A stretch of DNA of 64,000 bases from Candidatus Omnitrophota bacterium (GCA_022703055.1 JAKLEP010000001.1:282850-346849); one strand, 5' to 3'. Positions 1 through 13,978 are shown, counted from the first letter of the stretch. A program made the numbers and translations. Notes: generated from the letters alone by a model not told the origin.

Positions 1-2
1 TC

Positions 3-137
3 GAAGGTCCTTTTACTAATTTTAACGGTACTATTGACGAAATTAGCCCTGCAAGAGGAAAATTAAAAGTCGGCGTTTCGATATTCGGCAGAGTAACTCC
101 TGTGGAATTAGAATATTGGCAAGTGGAGAAAATCTAA
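3..137 (+). CDS. nusG: NusG transcription elongation/antitermination factor, C-terminal fragment (5' end outside window)
   Basis: Frame 3 reads [44 protein letters not shown], a KOW-type tail. It lies immediately upstream of rplK, as in the conserved nusG-rplKAJL order. Confidence 0.8.
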   Translation, partial: EGPFTNFNGTIDEISPARGKLKVGVSIFGRVTPVELEYWQVEKI

Positions 138-138
138 A

Positions 139-615
139 ATGGCAAAAAAGATAGTAGCTCAAATAAAATTATATGTTCCTGCTGGCCAGGCCAATCCTGC
201 GCCACCAGTGGGACCTGCTTTAGGTCAGCACGGCGTAAACATTATGATGTTTTGCAAGCAGTTCAATGAAAAAACCAAAGGTAAAGAAGGATTAATCCTG
301 CCCGCGGTAATAAATGTTTATGAGGATAAGACATTTGATTTCATAGTCAAGACACCGCCTTCCTCGGTTTTAATAAAGCGCGCAGCAAATCTGGCAAAGG
401 CATCAGGACAAACGGGCAAGGAAAAGATTGGGGCAATAACCAAAGAGCAAGTTGAAAGTATTGCCAAACAAAAATTACAGGATTTAAATACAGGAGATTT
501 AAAATCGGCGATAAAGATCGTCGAGGGTACCGCGCGCAGCATGGGTATCGAGGTGGTATCAGAGGCTCAAAAATTAGCAAGCACTAATAATAAAGAAAAT
601 GAAAAGCCACAGTAA
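139..615 (+). CDS. rplK: 50S ribosomal protein L11
   Basis: 158 aa with the canonical N-terminus [44 protein letters not shown] polar C-terminal tail overlaps the rplA start. Confidence 0.97.
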   Translation: MAKKIVAQIKLYVPAGQANPAPPVGPALGQHGVNIMMFCKQFNEKTKGKEGLILPAVINVYEDKTFDFIVKTPPSSVLIKRAANLAKASGQTGKEKIGAITKEQVESIAKQKLQDLNTGDLKSAIKIVEGTARSMGIEVVSEAQKLASTNNKENEKPQ

Positions 616-1279
616 GCGTTATAGCGAATCAGAAAAGACTCTCGATAGGAATAAAACCTATAATTTCCCAGAGGCTATTTCTATTTTGAAAAAAGTTCCC
701 AAGGTCAAATTCGATGAGACGGTAGAAATCAATATCCACCTGAACGTCGACCCGAAGAACTCTGACCAGTTAGTCCGCGGAACGGTAGTTCTGCCTCACG
801 GCACTGGCAAAAAAGTCAAGGTCGCAGTTTTTTGTAAAGGCGAACACGAAAAGCAGGCTAAAGAGGCAGGAGCGGATTATGTGGGAGCGGAAGATTTAAT
901 CGATAAAGTAGCAAAAGGTTTCCTGGATTTTGACCGCGCAATCGCCACTCCCGAAATGATGAAAGATTTAAGTAAGTTAGGAAAAGTATTGGGGCCCAAA
1001 GGTCTCATGCCTTCTCCTAAAGCTGGAACAGTCACCAATAATATCGCTAGTGCAATAAAGGAAGTAAAAGCTGGAAAGATAGAATTTAAGACAGATAAAC
1101 AAGCAGGCATCCATGTTGGTATCGGTAAGATTTCATTCGCCGAGAATCAGCTTGTGGAAAATGCAACAACATTAATGGAAACAATAAAATCCCTAAGACC
1201 GGCATCGGTCAAAGGGATTTTTTTACGTAGCGTTTCAATAGCTACAACTATGGGGCCTGGTTTAAAGATAAACGCATGA
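599..1279 (+). CDS. rplA: 50S ribosomal protein L1
   Basis: 226 aa with an L1-like sequence ([26 protein letters not shown]). Position is between L11 and L10. Confidence 0.96.
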   Translation: MKSHSKRYSESEKTLDRNKTYNFPEAISILKKVPKVKFDETVEINIHLNVDPKNSDQLVRGTVVLPHGTGKKVKVAVFCKGEHEKQAKEAGADYVGAEDLIDKVAKGFLDFDRAIATPEMMKDLSKLGKVLGPKGLMPSPKAGTVTNNIASAIKEVKAGKIEFKTDKQAGIHVGIGKISFAENQLVENATTLMETIKSLRPASVKGIFLRSVSIATTMGPGLKINA

Positions 1280-1809
1280 AAAAAATAGGCTTAGTTTTAA
1301 AAGAAAATATTGAGCAGTCAATCGAGAAGGAAATAAAAGAAAGCAGCAATTCTTTTTTAATGAGTTATTCTAATATTTCTGCTTCCGATTTTGACGCTCT
1401 TCGCATGGAATTATCCAAATTGGGCGCCAGGATTTTTGTGGTGAAGAATTCCATAGCCAAAAGGGCGCTTAAGAAAAGAAAATTAGATAAAATGGCCGAT
1501 TTTATCAACGGGCCGACGGCATTGATTTCCGGAGTGAATGAACCGGTGACGGTTTCCAAGGCTTTAGTTAAGTTCGCTAAAAACCGTGAAGGCCTTAAGT
1601 TGCGCGGCGGCCTGTTAGAAAATGAAATCATAGATGAGGCCAAAATAAAGATTTTAACAAACTTGCCGCCAAAAGATGTCCTTCAGTCAATGGTTTTACG
1701 TGCAATCCAGTCTCCCATCACGGGTCTGGTGGGAGTCTTAAGTGGTTCATTAAGACAATTAGTTTATGTCGTCAAACAATTAAGCGAAAGAAAAGAAGGA
1801 GGTCAATAA
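1276..1809 (+). CDS. rplJ: 50S ribosomal protein L10
   Basis: 177 aa. It sits between L1 and L7/L12, has a 4-nt overlap with rplA, and shows an L10-like N-terminal region. Confidence 0.93.
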   Translation: MKKIGLVLKENIEQSIEKEIKESSNSFLMSYSNISASDFDALRMELSKLGARIFVVKNSIAKRALKKRKLDKMADFINGPTALISGVNEPVTVSKALVKFAKNREGLKLRGGLLENEIIDEAKIKILTNLPPKDVLQSMVLRAIQSPITGLVGVLSGSLRQLVYVVKQLSERKEGGQ

Positions 1810-1810
1810 A

Positions 1811-2224
1811 ATGACAGAGAAGACAGCTGAAGAGAGAAAAATTGACAAGAAAGTAGAAGAGGCTGTAAAAGTAATTGAAACTTTAACTGCGCTCCAGCTT
1901 TCAGAATTAGTTAAGACTCTCGAGGACAAATTCGGTGTTTCAGCCGCTATGCCTGTCGCCGCAGTAGCTGCAGCTCCAGGAGCAGCCGCCGCGGGTGCCC
2001 CCGCTGAAGAGAAGGTAGTATTCAATGTAGTTCTTGCCAGCGCCGGCGATAACAAGATACAGGTTATTAAGGAAGTAAGGGCTGTTACCAATTTGGGCTT
2101 AAAAGAAGCCAAGGATCTGGTAGAATCTGCTCCCAAGACAGTGAAGGAAAACGTTCCTAAAGAGGAAGCAGATCAGCTGAAGAAGAAATTAGAAGCAGCT
2201 GGTGCCAAGGTAGAATTAAAGTAA
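1811..2224 (+). CDS. rplL: 50S ribosomal protein L7/L12
   Basis: 137 aa. It has the Ala-rich hinge [15 protein letters not shown] and the C-terminal domain [24 protein letters not shown]. Confidence 0.97.
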   Translation: MTEKTAEERKIDKKVEEAVKVIETLTALQLSELVKTLEDKFGVSAAMPVAAVAAAPGAAAAGAPAEEKVVFNVVLASAGDNKIQVIKEVRAVTNLGLKEAKDLVESAPKTVKENVPKEEADQLKKKLEAAGAKVELK

Positions 2225-2258
2225 TCCCTGTAACCCGAGAAAAAGGTATCGAAAGTTT

Positions 2259-5200
2259 ATGATAAAACGCAAAAACTTTGCAAAGATTCAGGAAGTCTAT
2301 GACTTGCCGAATCTTTTAGAGATGCAGCTTGAAAGCTACGAGCTCTTTCTACAAGGGGATGTAAAACCCGATGAAAGAGTAGACGAAGGGCTTCAAGAGG
2401 CATTCATGGATATATTTCCTATAGAAAGCTACGATAAACAGACACGTCTTGAGTTTATCAGCTATTCTTTAGGCAAACCAAAATATACCTGTGCGGAATG
2501 CAGAAGGCGCGCCGTGACATTTGCCTCACCGCTAAAGGTGAAGCTGCGCCTGATTACGCCGCAAGAGATCAAAGAACAGGAAGTGTATTTTGGCGATATT
2601 CCTTTAATGACCGATACTGCAACCTTTATCATTAATGGCGATGAAAGAGTAGTGGTAAGTCAGCTTCAGCGTTCTCCTGGCGTTTCTTTTGAAAAAGAGA
2701 TACATCCAACAGGAAAAGAGATTTATTACGGAAGAATCATCCCTCTAAGAGGCGCCTGGCTTGAATTCAAATACGACATAGCTGATTTAGTTTCGGTTTA
2801 TGTAGATAGAAGAAGAAGCTTCCCCGCAACGCAGATTTTGAGAATCATGGGTCTGTCTACTAATAAGGAAATAGAGCAATTATTCGGAGCTGATTTTTCA
2901 TATTTGACCAATACCTTGAATAAGGACCATACACAATCAAAGGAAGAGGCTTTGGTGGATTTTTATCGCAAGATGCGCCCAACAGAGCCTGCCACCGTGG
3001 AAGTCGCCGATAGTTTATTCTATAGATTATTTTTTGATCCCAGAAGATACGATCTAAGCCGCGTGGGAAGATTCATCCTGAACCGTAAGCTCGGGATCAA
3101 TGTTTCTTTAGATAAGAAATCTTTGGATGCCGAGACGGCTGTCGAGGTTATCCGTTATTTATTTAAATTAAAAAGAGGCGAAGGCGCAACCGACGATATC
3201 GATCATTTGGGCAACCGCAGGATTAAAACCGTCGGAGAACTCGTCCAGAACCAGGTAAGAATCGGCTTGGCGCGTTTGGAAAGATCGATTCGCGAGCGCC
3301 TGATGGTAGTCGGGAACCTGGAAACTTTGACCGCGCATTACTTGGTCAATTCCAGACTTTTCTCAAATCAAATCCAAGATTTCTTCGCGCGCAGCCAGCT
3401 TTCGCAGTTCATGGATCAGGTTAATCCTTTATCAGAATTGACTCACAAAAGGAGACTCAGCGCCTTAGGTCCTGGCGGCCTATCAAGAGAGCGCGCAGGT
3501 TTTGAAGTAAGAGATATCCATTCTTCGCATTACGGAAGAGTCTGTCCTATTGAAACACCTGAAGGTCCGAACATCGGTCTCATAGCATCTTTAACTACAT
3601 TCGCGCGCGTCAATCGTTTAGGATTTCTAGAAACTCCTTACAGAAAAGTAGTAGAAGGTAAAGTTACTCGAAGAATCGAATATCTTACCGCTGATTTAGA
3701 GGAAGATAAAGTCATCGCTCAGGCCAACGTTCCTTTGGAAGAAGACGGAAATTTCGCCGAGAAAGATGTGTATTGCCGCTTTAAGGGAGATTTTCCTAAG
3801 TTGCCTCCGAAAAAAGTGGATTATATGGATGTTTCGCCGAAGCAATTGGTTTCAGTTGCCGCTGCCCTGATTCCATTTTTAGAGCACGATGATGCTAACA
3901 GAGCTCTTATGGGTTCCAACATGCAGAGGCAGGCAGTACCTTTAATGAATACTGAAGCTCCCCTTATCGGAACTGGCATAGAGAAGAAAGTCGCGATTGA
4001 TTCCGGAGCAGTTATTGTAGCTGATACTGCGGGGAAAGTTACCTCAGTGGACGCCAAGCATGTAGCAATCGGAAAGAAAGTTTATCATCTAAATAAATTT
4101 ATCAGAACTAATGCCGATACTTGTATTAATCAGAAGCCGATTGTCAAATTAGGCCAGCATGTTGAGAAGGGCGATGTCATAGCCGATGGCATAGGCACTA
4201 AGAATGGAGAGCTCGCTCTAGGAAGAAATCTTCTGGTCGCATTCATGCCTTGGAGAGGATATAATTTTGAGGATGCCATCCTCATGAGCGAAAAGGTTGC
4301 CAAGGAAGATATGTATACCTCAATACATGTTGAGCGTTTCGAAGTAGAAGCCAGAGAAACTAGGTTAGGTAACGAAGAAATAACTAGAGACATCCCTAAT
4401 ATAGGAGAGGATGCATTAAAAGACCTCGATGAAGACGGTATCGTTCGCATCGGAGCTGAAGTTAAATCGGGCGACATATTAGTTGGAAAAGTCACTCCTA
4501 AGACCGAAAAAGAGCTTTCTCCCGAAGAAAGGCTCCTTAGAGCAATATTCGGAGAGAAGGCGGCTGATATCAGAGATACTTCTCTTGCGGTTCCGCCCGG
4601 AGTCGAAGGCGTAGTCGTAAGTGTTGAGGTGTTCCAGAGAAAAGAAAAAGGACGCAAGACCAAGGAAGAAAAGAAGGTCGAGCTTGAAAAGATAGATGAA
4701 ATAAAAAAGCACTACAAACAGGAAATCCAGTTTCTTATCGAAGAAAAATATTCACGATTAGCTAAGCTTTTAGGCGTTGACAGGAAGAAAGTCGATAAGA
4801 TGGACCTGAATTCTAATGAAGATGCCAGGCAAATTGTCAATTTCTACGAAGAAAGAGTTAGGGAGCTCGCCGAAGAAGAAGAGCAAGAGATTGAAAGGGC
4901 AAAGCGTGGCGATGAATTACCAGCCGGAGTTATAAAAAGAATAGTAGTGCATATTGCCACCAAGAGGAGACTCGCAGAAGGCGACAAGATAGCCGGCCGT
5001 CACGGAAATAAAGGAGTCGTGGCCAAGATATTACCGGAAGAAGATATGCCTTTTATGCCCGATGGCACCCCGGTTGAGATAGTACTTAATCCATTAGGCG
5101 TTCCTTCTCGTATGAATGTCGGTCAGATTCTGGAAATGCATTTAGGTTGGGCAGCGCATGCTTTAGGGTTTAGTATCGCTTCTCCGGTTTTTGACGGAGC

Positions 5201-5666
5201 CAGTGAAAAAGAGATAAAAGAGATGCTTGAAAAAGCAAATTTACCTTTAGACGGGAAAATCCAGCTTTATGATGGTTTTAGCGGCGAGCCTTTCGATGAG
5301 AAGGTTGCCGTCGGTTATATTTATATGATGAAACTCATCCATTTAGTCGATGAAAAGATTCATGCCCGTTCCATAGGCCCTTATTCTTTAGTTACACAAC
5401 AGCCTTTAGGCGGTAAAGCCCATTTCGGAGGACAGCGTTTCGGCGAAATGGAAGTCTGGGCTTTGGAAGCATACGGAGCGGCTTTTAGTTTGCAGGAAAT
5501 GCTCACTGTAAAAAGCGACGATGTCGCCGGAAGAAGTAGGATTTACGAGACTATTGTTAAAGGGGAACAGAGGTTGCATACCGGTACCCCTGAGTCTTTT
5601 AATGTTTTAATAAAAGAATTACAAGGACTAGGTCTTGATGTTAGAACTGAAAGAGCAAAGCAATAA
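2259..5666 (+). CDS. rpoB: DNA-directed RNA polymerase subunit beta
   Basis: 1135 aa. Hallmark blocks are present: [36 protein letters not shown] and [12 protein letters not shown]. Confidence 0.99.
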   Translation: MIKRKNFAKIQEVYDLPNLLEMQLESYELFLQGDVKPDERVDEGLQEAFMDIFPIESYDKQTRLEFISYSLGKPKYTCAECRRRAVTFASPLKVKLRLITPQEIKEQEVYFGDIPLMTDTATFIINGDERVVVSQLQRSPGVSFEKEIHPTGKEIYYGRIIPLRGAWLEFKYDIADLVSVYVDRRRSFPATQILRIMGLSTNKEIEQLFGADFSYLTNTLNKDHTQSKEEALVDFYRKMRPTEPATVEVADSLFYRLFFDPRRYDLSRVGRFILNRKLGINVSLDKKSLDAETAVEVIRYLFKLKRGEGATDDIDHLGNRRIKTVGELVQNQVRIGLARLERSIRERLMVVGNLETLTAHYLVNSRLFSNQIQDFFARSQLSQFMDQVNPLSELTHKRRLSALGPGGLSRERAGFEVRDIHSSHYGRVCPIETPEGPNIGLIASLTTFARVNRLGFLETPYRKVVEGKVTRRIEYLTADLEEDKVIAQANVPLEEDGNFAEKDVYCRFKGDFPKLPPKKVDYMDVSPKQLVSVAAALIPFLEHDDANRALMGSNMQRQAVPLMNTEAPLIGTGIEKKVAIDSGAVIVADTAGKVTSVDAKHVAIGKKVYHLNKFIRTNADTCINQKPIVKLGQHVEKGDVIADGIGTKNGELALGRNLLVAFMPWRGYNFEDAILMSEKVAKEDMYTSIHVERFEVEARETRLGNEEITRDIPNIGEDALKDLDEDGIVRIGAEVKSGDILVGKVTPKTEKELSPEERLLRAIFGEKAADIRDTSLAVPPGVEGVVVSVEVFQRKEKGRKTKEEKKVELEKIDEIKKHYKQEIQFLIEEKYSRLAKLLGVDRKKVDKMDLNSNEDARQIVNFYEERVRELAEEEEQEIERAKRGDELPAGVIKRIVVHIATKRRLAEGDKIAGRHGNKGVVAKILPEEDMPFMPDGTPVEIVLNPLGVPSRMNVGQILEMHLGWAAHALGFSIASPVFDGASEKEIKEMLEKANLPLDGKIQLYDGFSGEPFDEKVAVGYIYMMKLIHLVDEKIHARSIGPYSLVTQQPLGGKAHFGGQRFGEMEVWALEAYGAAFSLQEMLTVKSDDVAGRSRIYETIVKGEQRLHTGTPESFNVLIKELQGLGLDVRTERAKQ

Positions 5667-8600
5667 ATTTAAAGAAGAAATTGCCAAATTCGATAATCTC
5701 TCGATAGGCATTGCTTCTCCTCAGACTATACGTTCATGGTCTAAGGGCGAAGTCAAAAAGGCAGAGACCCTTAATTACAGGACATTGAAGCCGGAAAAAG
5801 ACGGTCTGTTCTGCGAAAAAATATTCGGTCCGGTAAGAGACTGGGAATGTAACTGCGGAAAATACAAAGGCGCAAAATTCAAAGGTATTACCTGCGATCG
5901 TTGCGGTGTTGAAATTACGCGTTCTGTGGTTAGAAGAGAAAGAATGGGGCATATCGATTTGGCATGTCCGGTGACCCATATATGGTTTTTTAAAGCTGTG
6001 CCATCTAGATTGTCAGCGCTTATTCAAATAGGTCTTAGGGATTTAGAGAAGATTATTTATTACGAGGAATACGTGGTTGTTGATCCCGGAGACACAAACT
6101 TAAAAAAGAAAGAACTTCTCTCGGAAGAGAAGTATCAGGAATGCCTTTCGAAATACGGCCAGAGCTTTAAGGCCAAGACGGGAGCAGAGGCGGTCTTGGA
6201 ACTATTGAAAGAGATAGATCTTAATTCTCTGAGCAAGAAGTTGAGAAAAGAATTGGATGCGCTTGATCCTCATCAACCCAGCGCGCGTCGATTGGCGAAA
6301 ATCTTGAAGATGATTGAGGATTTCAGAAAATCTGGCAATAAACCCGAATATATGGTTTTAGAGGTCTTGCCGGTAATCCCTCCGGATTTAAGACCTTTGG
6401 TGCCTCTCGACGGTGGAAGATTCGCAACTTCAGATTTGAATGATTTGTATCGTAGGGTTATTAATAGAAACAACCGCCTGAAGAAATTGCTGGAATTAAA
6501 TGCTCCGGAAATTATTGTGCGCAACGAAAAAAGAATGCTTCAGGAAGCAGTGGACGCGCTTATGGATAACGGCCGTCACGGCAGGCCGGTAATCGGTGCC
6601 AATAATAGGCCGCTAAAATCATTATCAGACATGCTTAAAGGCAAACAAGGCCGTTTCAGGCAGAATCTTTTGGGAAAGCGCGTTGATTATTCTGGACGTT
6701 CCGTCATTGTCGTCGGGCCTGATTTAAAACTTAATGAATGCGGTCTTCCTAAGAGAATGGCATTGGAATTATTTGAGCCGTTTATTATCAGAAAATTAAG
6801 AGAAAAAGGTTTTGTGCATACGATTAAAGGCGCCAAGAGAATGGTGGAGCGCGCCAAGATAGAAGTCTGGGATATATTGGATAGCGTAATCCGCGACCAT
6901 CCTATTTTACTTAACCGCGCGCCGACATTACATAGATTAAGCATCCAGGCATTTCAGCCGGTTTTAATCGAAGGCAAGGCAATCAAGATCCATCCTTTAG
7001 TTTGTACCGCCTTTAACGCCGACTTCGATGGCGACCAAATGGCGGCACATGTTCCATTATCGCTTGAGTCTCAGCTAGAAGCGCGTCTTTTGATGCTTTC
7101 AATAAACAATATTTTCTCCCCTGCAGATGGCAGGCCGATAGTCTCTCCAACTCAGGATATAATTTTGGGTTGTTCCTATATTAGTAAGGAGAAAATCGGG
7201 GCAAGAGGCGAAGGAATGACTTTTTCAAATCCCGAAGAAGTCATAGTTGCTTATAATGACAAGATCGTGGAATTGCATTCTAAGATAAAATTGAGAATAA
7301 CCGGCGAAGTCTGGAAGGATAAAACAATCGAGGCAGAAGTAATCTCCGAAGAACCAAGGCCAAAGACAAAAATCATCGATACTACCGTAGGAAGAGTTAT
7401 GTTTAACCTGCTTCTTCCCGAGAGTTTCGGTTATGTCAACGAGACCTTAGATAAAAAGAAGGTCGGAGATGTTGTTTCCGATTGCTATAAACGTTTCGGA
7501 CACGCCAGCGCAATAAAATTATTGGACGATATTAAACGTTTGGGCTTTGAACAGGCAACATTGGCCGGCATCACTATAAGCGTTGATGACCTGGAAGTCC
7601 CCAAAGATAAAGATAAACTTTTAGGCGAGACCAAAGAATTAATTGGTAAGGTTGAAGATCAGTATCGTAAAGGTGCCATTACCGAAAGAGAAAGATACAA
7701 TAAGGTAATTGATATCTGGACCAATACGACTGAAAGAATTTCAGATTTGGTATTTAAAGAAATGGATCCATTCAATCCGATTTTCATGATGGCCGATTCA
7801 GGCGCCAGAGGTTCAAAATTGCAGATTCGTCAGTTAGCCGGTATGAGAGGCCTTATGGCCAAGCCGTCAGGTGATATCATCGAAAGCCCGATTACGGCAA
7901 ATTTCCGCGAAGGCTTAACGGTGCTAGAATATTTTATTTCTACTCACGGAGCCCGTAAAGGTCTTGCCGATACCGCTCTAAAAACCGCAGACGCAGGTTA
8001 TCTGACAAGACGCTTGGTTGATGTTGCCCAGGAATTAATTATTTCCGAGGAGGATTGCGGCACTCTGAATGGGATTACCGTTTCGGCAATCATCGAGGGC
8101 GATGAGGTGGTAGTAAGTCTTAAAGAGAGAATAATCGGCCGCGTAGCCTTGGATAATATCGTTGATGTTATAACTGATGAATTGATTGTTGAGTCCGGCG
8201 AAGAGATCACCGAGGAAAAAGCTGATATTATTGAGAAGCTCGGCATGGAGAAGATTAGAATCAGAAGCGTTCTTACTTGCGAATCAGAGCGTGGCGTTTG
8301 TATTAAATGTTATGGCAGAAACTTAGCTATGCAGAAGTTGGCAGAGATTGGCGATGCTGTTGGTATTATTGCCGCACAGAGTATTGGTGAGCCTGGAACT
8401 CAGCTTACCATGAGAACATTCCACATCGGTGGTACGGCGTCAAGGGCAATTGAACAGTCATTCTATCGCGCTAAGAATAAAGGAAAACTTAAATTCCATA
8501 ATCTGAGAACAGTTGAAAGAAAAAATGAATTTGTAGTATTGAACCGTAACGGATCTTTGAGCATTAACGATGACCAAGGAAGAGAATTGGAAAGATATCC

Positions 8601-9747
8601 TGTTCCGCAAGGCTCAGTTATCGCTGGAGCGGAAGATTCAGTCGTGCCTAAAGGTGCAGTTTTTGTTCATTGGGATCCTTATACTTCGCCGATTCTTACC
8701 GAAGTTGCCGGAAGCGTCCGATATGAAGATTTAAAAGAAGGCGTGACGGTTAGAGAAGAAGTTAACACTGTTACCGGTGTCGCGGAAAGAATTGTTGTTG
8801 AACATAAGCAGGAATATCATCCGCAGATTATTATCACTGACCAGAAAAAAGAAGTGTTGGGTATATATCCTATTCCGGTTGGCGCACATATTCTAGTAAA
8901 AGACGGAGAAAAAGCAGAAGCCGGCGAGCTTATCGCTAAGATCCCACGATTGGTTTCAAAGACCAGAGATATCACCGGCGGTTTACCTCGAGTAGCTGAA
9001 TTGTTTGAGGCAAGGCGTCCGAAGGACCCTGCAGTCATCAGCGAAATCGACGGTTTTGTTGAGTTCAGCGAGTCAAAAAAAGGCCAAAGGCAGATTGTTG
9101 TAAGAAGCTCAACTGGTATGAAACGCGAATATGTTATTCCGCACGGAAAACATCCTAATGTTTATAAGGGAGATCGCGTAACGGCAGGACAGCAGCTTAC
9201 TGACGGACCTGTGGTCCTGCAGGAAATCTTAAGAGTTTGCGGCGATAAAGTTTTGCAGGAGTATTTAGTCAATGAAGTCCAGGAAGTTTACCGTCTGCAA
9301 GGTGTGCGTATCAACGACAAACATATTGAATTAATAATCCGCCAGATGCTTAAGAAGGTTAGAATTGAAGAGCCCGGCGATACAGATTTCTTAATCGGTC
9401 AACAGTTAGATAAGATAGATTTCCAGAAAGAAAACCAGCGAGTAATCAAAAAAGGCGGCAAGCCCGCTTCGGCTACTCCTTTATTATTAGGAATTACTAA
9501 GGTTTCATTGACTACAGAGAGTTTTATTTCTGCTGCTAGTTTCCAAGAAACAACCAGAGTTTTAACTGAGGCAGCAGCGGGCGGCAAAGTAGACGAATTA
9601 AAGGGATTAAAAGAAAACGTAATAGTGGGGCACCTTATTCCCGCAGGTACGGGATTTGATGTGCACCAAAAAATAGAAATGGTGAAATATGCCGACGATA
9701 TCACAGTTGATAAGACAGGGCAGACAAGCGAAGAAAAAGAAGGGTAA
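5638..9747 (+). CDS. rpoC: DNA-directed RNA polymerase subunit beta'
   Basis: About 1369 aa. It has the N-terminal zinc motif CNCGKY...CDRCGVE and the catalytic [13 protein letters not shown] at 5638 is preferred; the ORF track begins at TTG 5635. The start overlaps the rpoB 3' end. Confidence 0.99.
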   Translation: MLELKEQSNKFKEEIAKFDNLSIGIASPQTIRSWSKGEVKKAETLNYRTLKPEKDGLFCEKIFGPVRDWECNCGKYKGAKFKGITCDRCGVEITRSVVRRERMGHIDLACPVTHIWFFKAVPSRLSALIQIGLRDLEKIIYYEEYVVVDPGDTNLKKKELLSEEKYQECLSKYGQSFKAKTGAEAVLELLKEIDLNSLSKKLRKELDALDPHQPSARRLAKILKMIEDFRKSGNKPEYMVLEVLPVIPPDLRPLVPLDGGRFATSDLNDLYRRVINRNNRLKKLLELNAPEIIVRNEKRMLQEAVDALMDNGRHGRPVIGANNRPLKSLSDMLKGKQGRFRQNLLGKRVDYSGRSVIVVGPDLKLNECGLPKRMALELFEPFIIRKLREKGFVHTIKGAKRMVERAKIEVWDILDSVIRDHPILLNRAPTLHRLSIQAFQPVLIEGKAIKIHPLVCTAFNADFDGDQMAAHVPLSLESQLEARLLMLSINNIFSPADGRPIVSPTQDIILGCSYISKEKIGARGEGMTFSNPEEVIVAYNDKIVELHSKIKLRITGEVWKDKTIEAEVISEEPRPKTKIIDTTVGRVMFNLLLPESFGYVNETLDKKKVGDVVSDCYKRFGHASAIKLLDDIKRLGFEQATLAGITISVDDLEVPKDKDKLLGETKELIGKVEDQYRKGAITERERYNKVIDIWTNTTERISDLVFKEMDPFNPIFMMADSGARGSKLQIRQLAGMRGLMAKPSGDIIESPITANFREGLTVLEYFISTHGARKGLADTALKTADAGYLTRRLVDVAQELIISEEDCGTLNGITVSAIIEGDEVVVSLKERIIGRVALDNIVDVITDELIVESGEEITEEKADIIEKLGMEKIRIRSVLTCESERGVCIKCYGRNLAMQKLAEIGDAVGIIAAQSIGEPGTQLTMRTFHIGGTASRAIEQSFYRAKNKGKLKFHNLRTVERKNEFVVLNRNGSLSINDDQGRELERYPVPQGSVIAGAEDSVVPKGAVFVHWDPYTSPILTEVAGSVRYEDLKEGVTVREEVNTVTGVAERIVVEHKQEYHPQIIITDQKKEVLGIYPIPVGAHILVKDGEKAEAGELIAKIPRLVSKTRDITGGLPRVAELFEARRPKDPAVISEIDGFVEFSESKKGQRQIVVRSSTGMKREYVIPHGKHPNVYKGDRVTAGQQLTDGPVVLQEILRVCGDKVLQEYLVNEVQEVYRLQGVRINDKHIELIIRQMLKKVRIEEPGDTDFLIGQQLDKIDFQKENQRVIKKGGKPASATPLLLGITKVSLTTESFISAASFQETTRVLTEAAAGGKVDELKGLKENVIVGHLIPAGTGFDVHQKIEMVKYADDITVDKTGQTSEEKEG

Positions 9748-10078
9748 ATCCCCGGCATTAAAGGGTTGCCCTCAAAGACGCGGCGTTTGTGTTCAGGTAA
9801 GAACGATGACACCAAAGAAGCCGAACTCCGCACTTCGCAAGATCGCAAGGGTAAGACTTACGACACATATTGAAGTAACTTCTTATATACCAGGAGAAGG
9901 CCATAACCTTCAGGAGCATTCGATAGTTTTAGTAAGAGGCGGAAGAGTCAAGGATTTGCCCGGTGTCAGGTATCATATCGTAAGAGGCACTTTGGATACG
10001 GCAGGGGTAGAAAATAGAAAGAAATCCCGCTCAAAATACGGAGCAAAAAGGCCTAAAGAAACAGGAAAGAAAGCATGA
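9689..10078 (+). CDS. rpsL: 30S ribosomal protein S12
   Basis: 129 aa: [12 protein letters not shown]..., [22 protein letters not shown]. Its first 59 nt lie inside the rpoC reading frame. Confidence 0.98.
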   Translation: MPTISQLIRQGRQAKKKKGKSPALKGCPQRRGVCVQVRTMTPKKPNSALRKIARVRLTTHIEVTSYIPGEGHNLQEHSIVLVRGGRVKDLPGVRYHIVRGTLDTAGVENRKKSRSKYGAKRPKETGKKA

Positions 10079-10545
10079 GAAGAAGACGCGCAGAAAAACA
10101 GGAACTTTTATCAGATCCTAAATATAAAAGCACGGTCGTTGCCAAATTCATAAATATGGTTATGACCGAGGGAAAGAAATCGGTCGCCGAAAAGATTGTT
10201 TATAGCGCTTTCGACTTATTGAAGCAGACTACTAAGGAAGAGGATGCGCTAAAAGCTTTTTATAAAGCTATAGATAATGTCAGGCCAAGGTTGGAAGTTA
10301 AGCCTCGCCGTGTAGGCGGCGCGACTTATCAGGTACCCGTTGAGGTAAACCAGGCTCGCGGTACTTCCTTGGCGTTACGCTGGATAAGAGACATCGCTCG
10401 CGGTAAAAAAGGCAGGCCCATGGAAGAAAGATTGGCAGAAGAGTTAGTCTCGGCATATAAGGGAGAGGGCACCGCGATTAAAAAAAGAGACGATACGCAT
10501 AAGATGGCCGAGGCAAACAAAGCCTTTGCGCATTTTAGATGGTAA
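10075..10545 (+). CDS. rpsG: 30S ribosomal protein S7
   Basis: 156 aa with an S7-like sequence ([28 protein letters not shown]) and C-terminal HFRW. Confidence 0.97.
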   Translation: MRRRRAEKQELLSDPKYKSTVVAKFINMVMTEGKKSVAEKIVYSAFDLLKQTTKEEDALKAFYKAIDNVRPRLEVKPRRVGGATYQVPVEVNQARGTSLALRWIRDIARGKKGRPMEERLAEELVSAYKGEGTAIKKRDDTHKMAEANKAFAHFRW

Positions 10546-10556
10546 ACTTAGATTTT

Positions 10557-12659
10557 ATGGCAAGAAAAACAGCATTAGAGAAAATTAGGAATATCGGCTT
10601 GGTAGCCCATATTGATGCAGGCAAGACAACGACCACGGAAAGAATATTATTCTATACCGGTAAAATCCACAGAATGGGCGAAGTCAATGAAGGCACAACT
10701 ACCATGGACTGGATGCCCCAGGAGCAGGAAAGAGGCATTACTATAACTGCTGCCAGTATCAACTGTAGCTGGAAGGATTATCAGATAAATATTATCGATA
10801 CTCCTGGTCATGTTGATTTCACTGTTGAAGTGGAAAGATCGCTAAAAGTTTTAGATGGTTGTGTAGTTATATTTTGCGGAGTTGGAGGAGTTGAACCGCA
10901 ATCAGAAACTGTTTGGCGCCAGGCTGACCGTTACAATGTCCCCAGGTTAGCATTCGTTAATAAAATGGATAGAGTAGGCTCAGATTTTTATAGCTGCGTC
11001 GAGCAGATGCATGACCGCTTAGGAGCCAATGCTTCGCCTATCCAATTGCCTTGGGGTTTTGAAGAAAATTTTAAAGGAGTTATTGATTTAATCGAAGAAG
11101 AAGCGATTAGTTTTAAAGATGAATTGGGGCTAGAGGTTGAGAAGACTAAGATACCTCAGGATTTATTAGCAGAGGTTGAAAAATATAAGCACAGGCTGAT
11201 AGAGAAACTTGCTGAAGTAGATGACCATATCATGGACAAATATATCCATAACAAAGAGATTACGAAAGAAGAAATAAAATCAGCTATTAGAAATACCGTT
11301 ATTAAGGGAAAGTTTGTTCCTATATTATGTGGTACGTCTTTAAGGAAGAAGGGTATTCAGAATCTTATCGATGCGATCTGCGATTATCTGCCATCGCCGG
11401 TAGATTTGCCTCCTATCAAAGGAATCGATCCCGAGAACGAGGAATATGAAGAAAGAACCGCTTCTGACGATGCGCCATTTTGCGCGCTCTGTTTTAAGAT
11501 TGCCACCGATCCTTACGTCGGTAGGCTACACTACGTTCGAGTATATTCCGGAAGCTTGGCAACTGGTAAATATCTTTATAACGCCAGCAAAAGAGAAGAA
11601 GAAAGAGTTTCTAAAATCGTAAGAATGCACGCTAACAGACAAGAAATTCTAGAGGAGATTTATACCGGGGATATTGCTTGTTTAATCGGATTAAAGGAAA
11701 CGCAAAGCGGAGATACGCTTTGTCAGGAAGATACGCCGATAGTTCTTGAGGCCATTAAGTTTCCTGAGCCGGTTATCTCTATGGCAATAGAGCCAAAATC
11801 AAAAGCTGACCAGGAAAGACTGTCTATTGCGTTAGGGAAATTAAAAGAAGAAGACCCGTCATTTAGGGTAAATTATAATTCTGATACAGGCGAGACAGTT
11901 ATCTCCGGAATGGGTCAGCTGCATCTTCAGATAATTGTCGATAGAATGCTTCGAGAATTCAATGTTGAGGCAAACGTAGGTAAGCCGCAGGTTGCTTATA
12001 AAGAGACTATCACCAATAAAGTCAGTTCGGTTGGGAAATTTATCCAGCAGTCTGGCGGTCGCGGCCAATATGGTCATGTAATTATTGAGCTTGAGCCGGC
12101 GGAGGAACGCGGCAAAGGCATCGGATTCACCAACAAAATAAGAAGCGGTGCTATTCCTAGAGAATACATTCCTTCAGTAAAAAACGGCATCATGATAGCT
12201 TCAAAAAGCGGAGCAATAGCCGGTTATCCGGTTATAGACGTTAATGTTAATTTGGTCGATGGATCTTTTCATGAAGTAGATTCATCCGAGATTGCATTCC
12301 AGATGGCGGCTTCTATAGCATTTAGCGAAGGAATTAAAAAAGCGAAGTCGGTGATTTTGGAGCCCATTATGGATACGGAAGTTGTCGTTCCCGAAGAATA
12401 CATGGGTCAGGTCATAGCCGATTTTAATTCTCGCAGAGGTAAAATTGTATCTATAGGTAAAAGGGCAAACGCTAGAATAATCCGGGCGAACGTTCCATTG
12501 GCAGAAGTCTTTGACTACGCTACCGCGTTACGTTCCTTGACACAAGGCAGAGCTTCGTATACAATGGAACCCTCTAGTTATCAAGAGGTGCCTTCACATA
12601 TATTGGAAAAGATAGTCGGGGTTCAAACGACATCTTTTAGGTCTTCACAGTCGAAATAA
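10557..12659 (+). CDS. fusA: Elongation factor G
   Basis: GTPase motifs [14 protein letters not shown] and NKMD. The [14 protein letters not shown] start at ATG 10557 fits the conserved EF-G N-terminus better than the upstream ATG 10539 used by the ORF track. Confidence 0.97.
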   Translation: MARKTALEKIRNIGLVAHIDAGKTTTTERILFYTGKIHRMGEVNEGTTTMDWMPQEQERGITITAASINCSWKDYQINIIDTPGHVDFTVEVERSLKVLDGCVVIFCGVGGVEPQSETVWRQADRYNVPRLAFVNKMDRVGSDFYSCVEQMHDRLGANASPIQLPWGFEENFKGVIDLIEEEAISFKDELGLEVEKTKIPQDLLAEVEKYKHRLIEKLAEVDDHIMDKYIHNKEITKEEIKSAIRNTVIKGKFVPILCGTSLRKKGIQNLIDAICDYLPSPVDLPPIKGIDPENEEYEERTASDDAPFCALCFKIATDPYVGRLHYVRVYSGSLATGKYLYNASKREEERVSKIVRMHANRQEILEEIYTGDIACLIGLKETQSGDTLCQEDTPIVLEAIKFPEPVISMAIEPKSKADQERLSIALGKLKEEDPSFRVNYNSDTGETVISGMGQLHLQIIVDRMLREFNVEANVGKPQVAYKETITNKVSSVGKFIQQSGGRGQYGHVIIELEPAEERGKGIGFTNKIRSGAIPREYIPSVKNGIMIASKSGAIAGYPVIDVNVNLVDGSFHEVDSSEIAFQMAASIAFSEGIKKAKSVILEPIMDTEVVVPEEYMGQVIADFNSRRGKIVSIGKRANARIIRANVPLAEVFDYATALRSLTQGRASYTMEPSSYQEVPSHILEKIVGVQTTSFRSSQSK

Positions 12660-12703
12660 AGCCATTAATGACTGAGAAGCCAGAATAGAAAAGGGGGAAG
12701 AAG

Positions 12704-13903
12704 ATGGCAAAGGAAAAGTTTGTAAGAACAAAACCGCACGTCAACATCGGAACCATAGGCCATGTTGACCACGGTAAAACAACTTTGACAGCAGCAATAA
12801 CCATGGCTTTGGCAAAGCAGGGAAAAGCCGAAGTCAAGACTTATGATCAGATTGATAACGCACCCGAGGAAAAGGAAAGAGGCGTCACAATTAATATTTC
12901 TCACATCGAGTATCAGACAGATACCCGTCACTACGCCCATATCGACTGCCCAGGCCATGCTGACTATATTAAAAACATGATCACCGGCGCAGCCCAGATG
13001 GACGGAGCGATTTTAGTAGTTTCTGCAGCCGATGGCGCCATGCCTCAGACCAGAGAACACATACTTTTAGCTCGTCAGGTTAACGTCCCTGCGATCGTCG
13101 TGTTTTTGAATAAATGCGACATGGTTGAAGACAAGGAATTACTAGACTTAGTAGAACTTGAAGTCAGAGAATTATTGACCAAATATAAGTTCCCTGGGGA
13201 TAAGACTCCTATTATTAAGGGAAGCGCTCTGAATGCCATGAACGCAGGCGGAGATCCCAATAATACCGATGTCAAAGCCATATTGGATTTGATGAAGGCA
13301 GTTGATGAGTTTATCCCGGCGCCTAAGAGAGAGACCGATAAGCCTTTCTCAATGGCAGTTGAAGACGTGTTCACAATTTCCGGAAGAGGAACAGTAGGCA
13401 CGGGAAGAATTGAGCGCGGCAAGGTTAAAGTCGGCGAAAACATCGAAATAGTAGGCCTGAGGCCAGAAATCCAGAAGTCAGTTGTTACCGGAATCGAAAT
13501 GTTCCGTAAGCTTCTCGATGAAGGTCAAGCCGGCGATAACGTCGGAATTCTCTTAAGAGGTATTGAAAAAGAGAATTTGGAGCGCGGAATGGTTCTGGCC
13601 GCTCCTGGCACAATTACTCCGCACACTAAATTTAAGGCTCAGGTTTATATCCTTTCAAAAGAAGAGGGCGGAAGACATACGCCTTTCTTTGCGGGTTATA
13701 GACCACAGTTCTATTTTAGGACCACAGACGTCACCGGTACGGTAAAACTCCCTCAAGGTGTAGAAATGGTTATGCCTGGAGATAACGTAGAGTTTGAATG
13801 CGAATTGATTATTCCTGTAGCTATGGAAAAAGAGCTTCGTTTCGCTATCCGTGAAGGTGGACATACTGTTGGCGCAGGAGTAATTTCAGAGGTAATTGCT
13901 TAA
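12704..13903 (+). CDS. tuf: Elongation factor Tu
   Basis: 399 aa with [18 protein letters not shown] and NKCD. An RBS (aaggggga) lies upstream. Confidence 0.99.
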   Translation: MAKEKFVRTKPHVNIGTIGHVDHGKTTLTAAITMALAKQGKAEVKTYDQIDNAPEEKERGVTINISHIEYQTDTRHYAHIDCPGHADYIKNMITGAAQMDGAILVVSAADGAMPQTREHILLARQVNVPAIVVFLNKCDMVEDKELLDLVELEVRELLTKYKFPGDKTPIIKGSALNAMNAGGDPNNTDVKAILDLMKAVDEFIPAPKRETDKPFSMAVEDVFTISGRGTVGTGRIERGKVKVGENIEIVGLRPEIQKSVVTGIEMFRKLLDEGQAGDNVGILLRGIEKENLERGMVLAAPGTITPHTKFKAQVYILSKEEGGRHTPFFAGYRPQFYFRTTDVTGTVKLPQGVEMVMPGDNVEFECELIIPVAMEKELRFAIREGGHTVGAGVISEVIA

Positions 13904-13978
13904 GTTTGTATTTAGTAAACAAGGTTATTGTCTTTTGGGATAACAGTATCTCGATTAGACAGTAAGAGGATAACAAAA

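Noticed and set aside
4130-4663. 177-aa minus-strand ORF inside rpoB, together with similar antisense or alternative-frame ORFs at 1780-2136, 9399-9848, 19151-19618, 25964-26392, 27803-28246, 31469-32002, 33751-34167 and elsewhere
   Set aside because: They are shadow ORFs opposite or overlapping strongly conserved genes. They have Ser/Leu/Pro-rich, non-protein-like sequences, no RBS and no family resemblance.
13928-13978. TTG-initiated 17-residue N-terminal extension of S10
   Set aside because: The extension is not S10-like. ATG 13979 gives the universally conserved MQKIRIKLKAFDH-type start.
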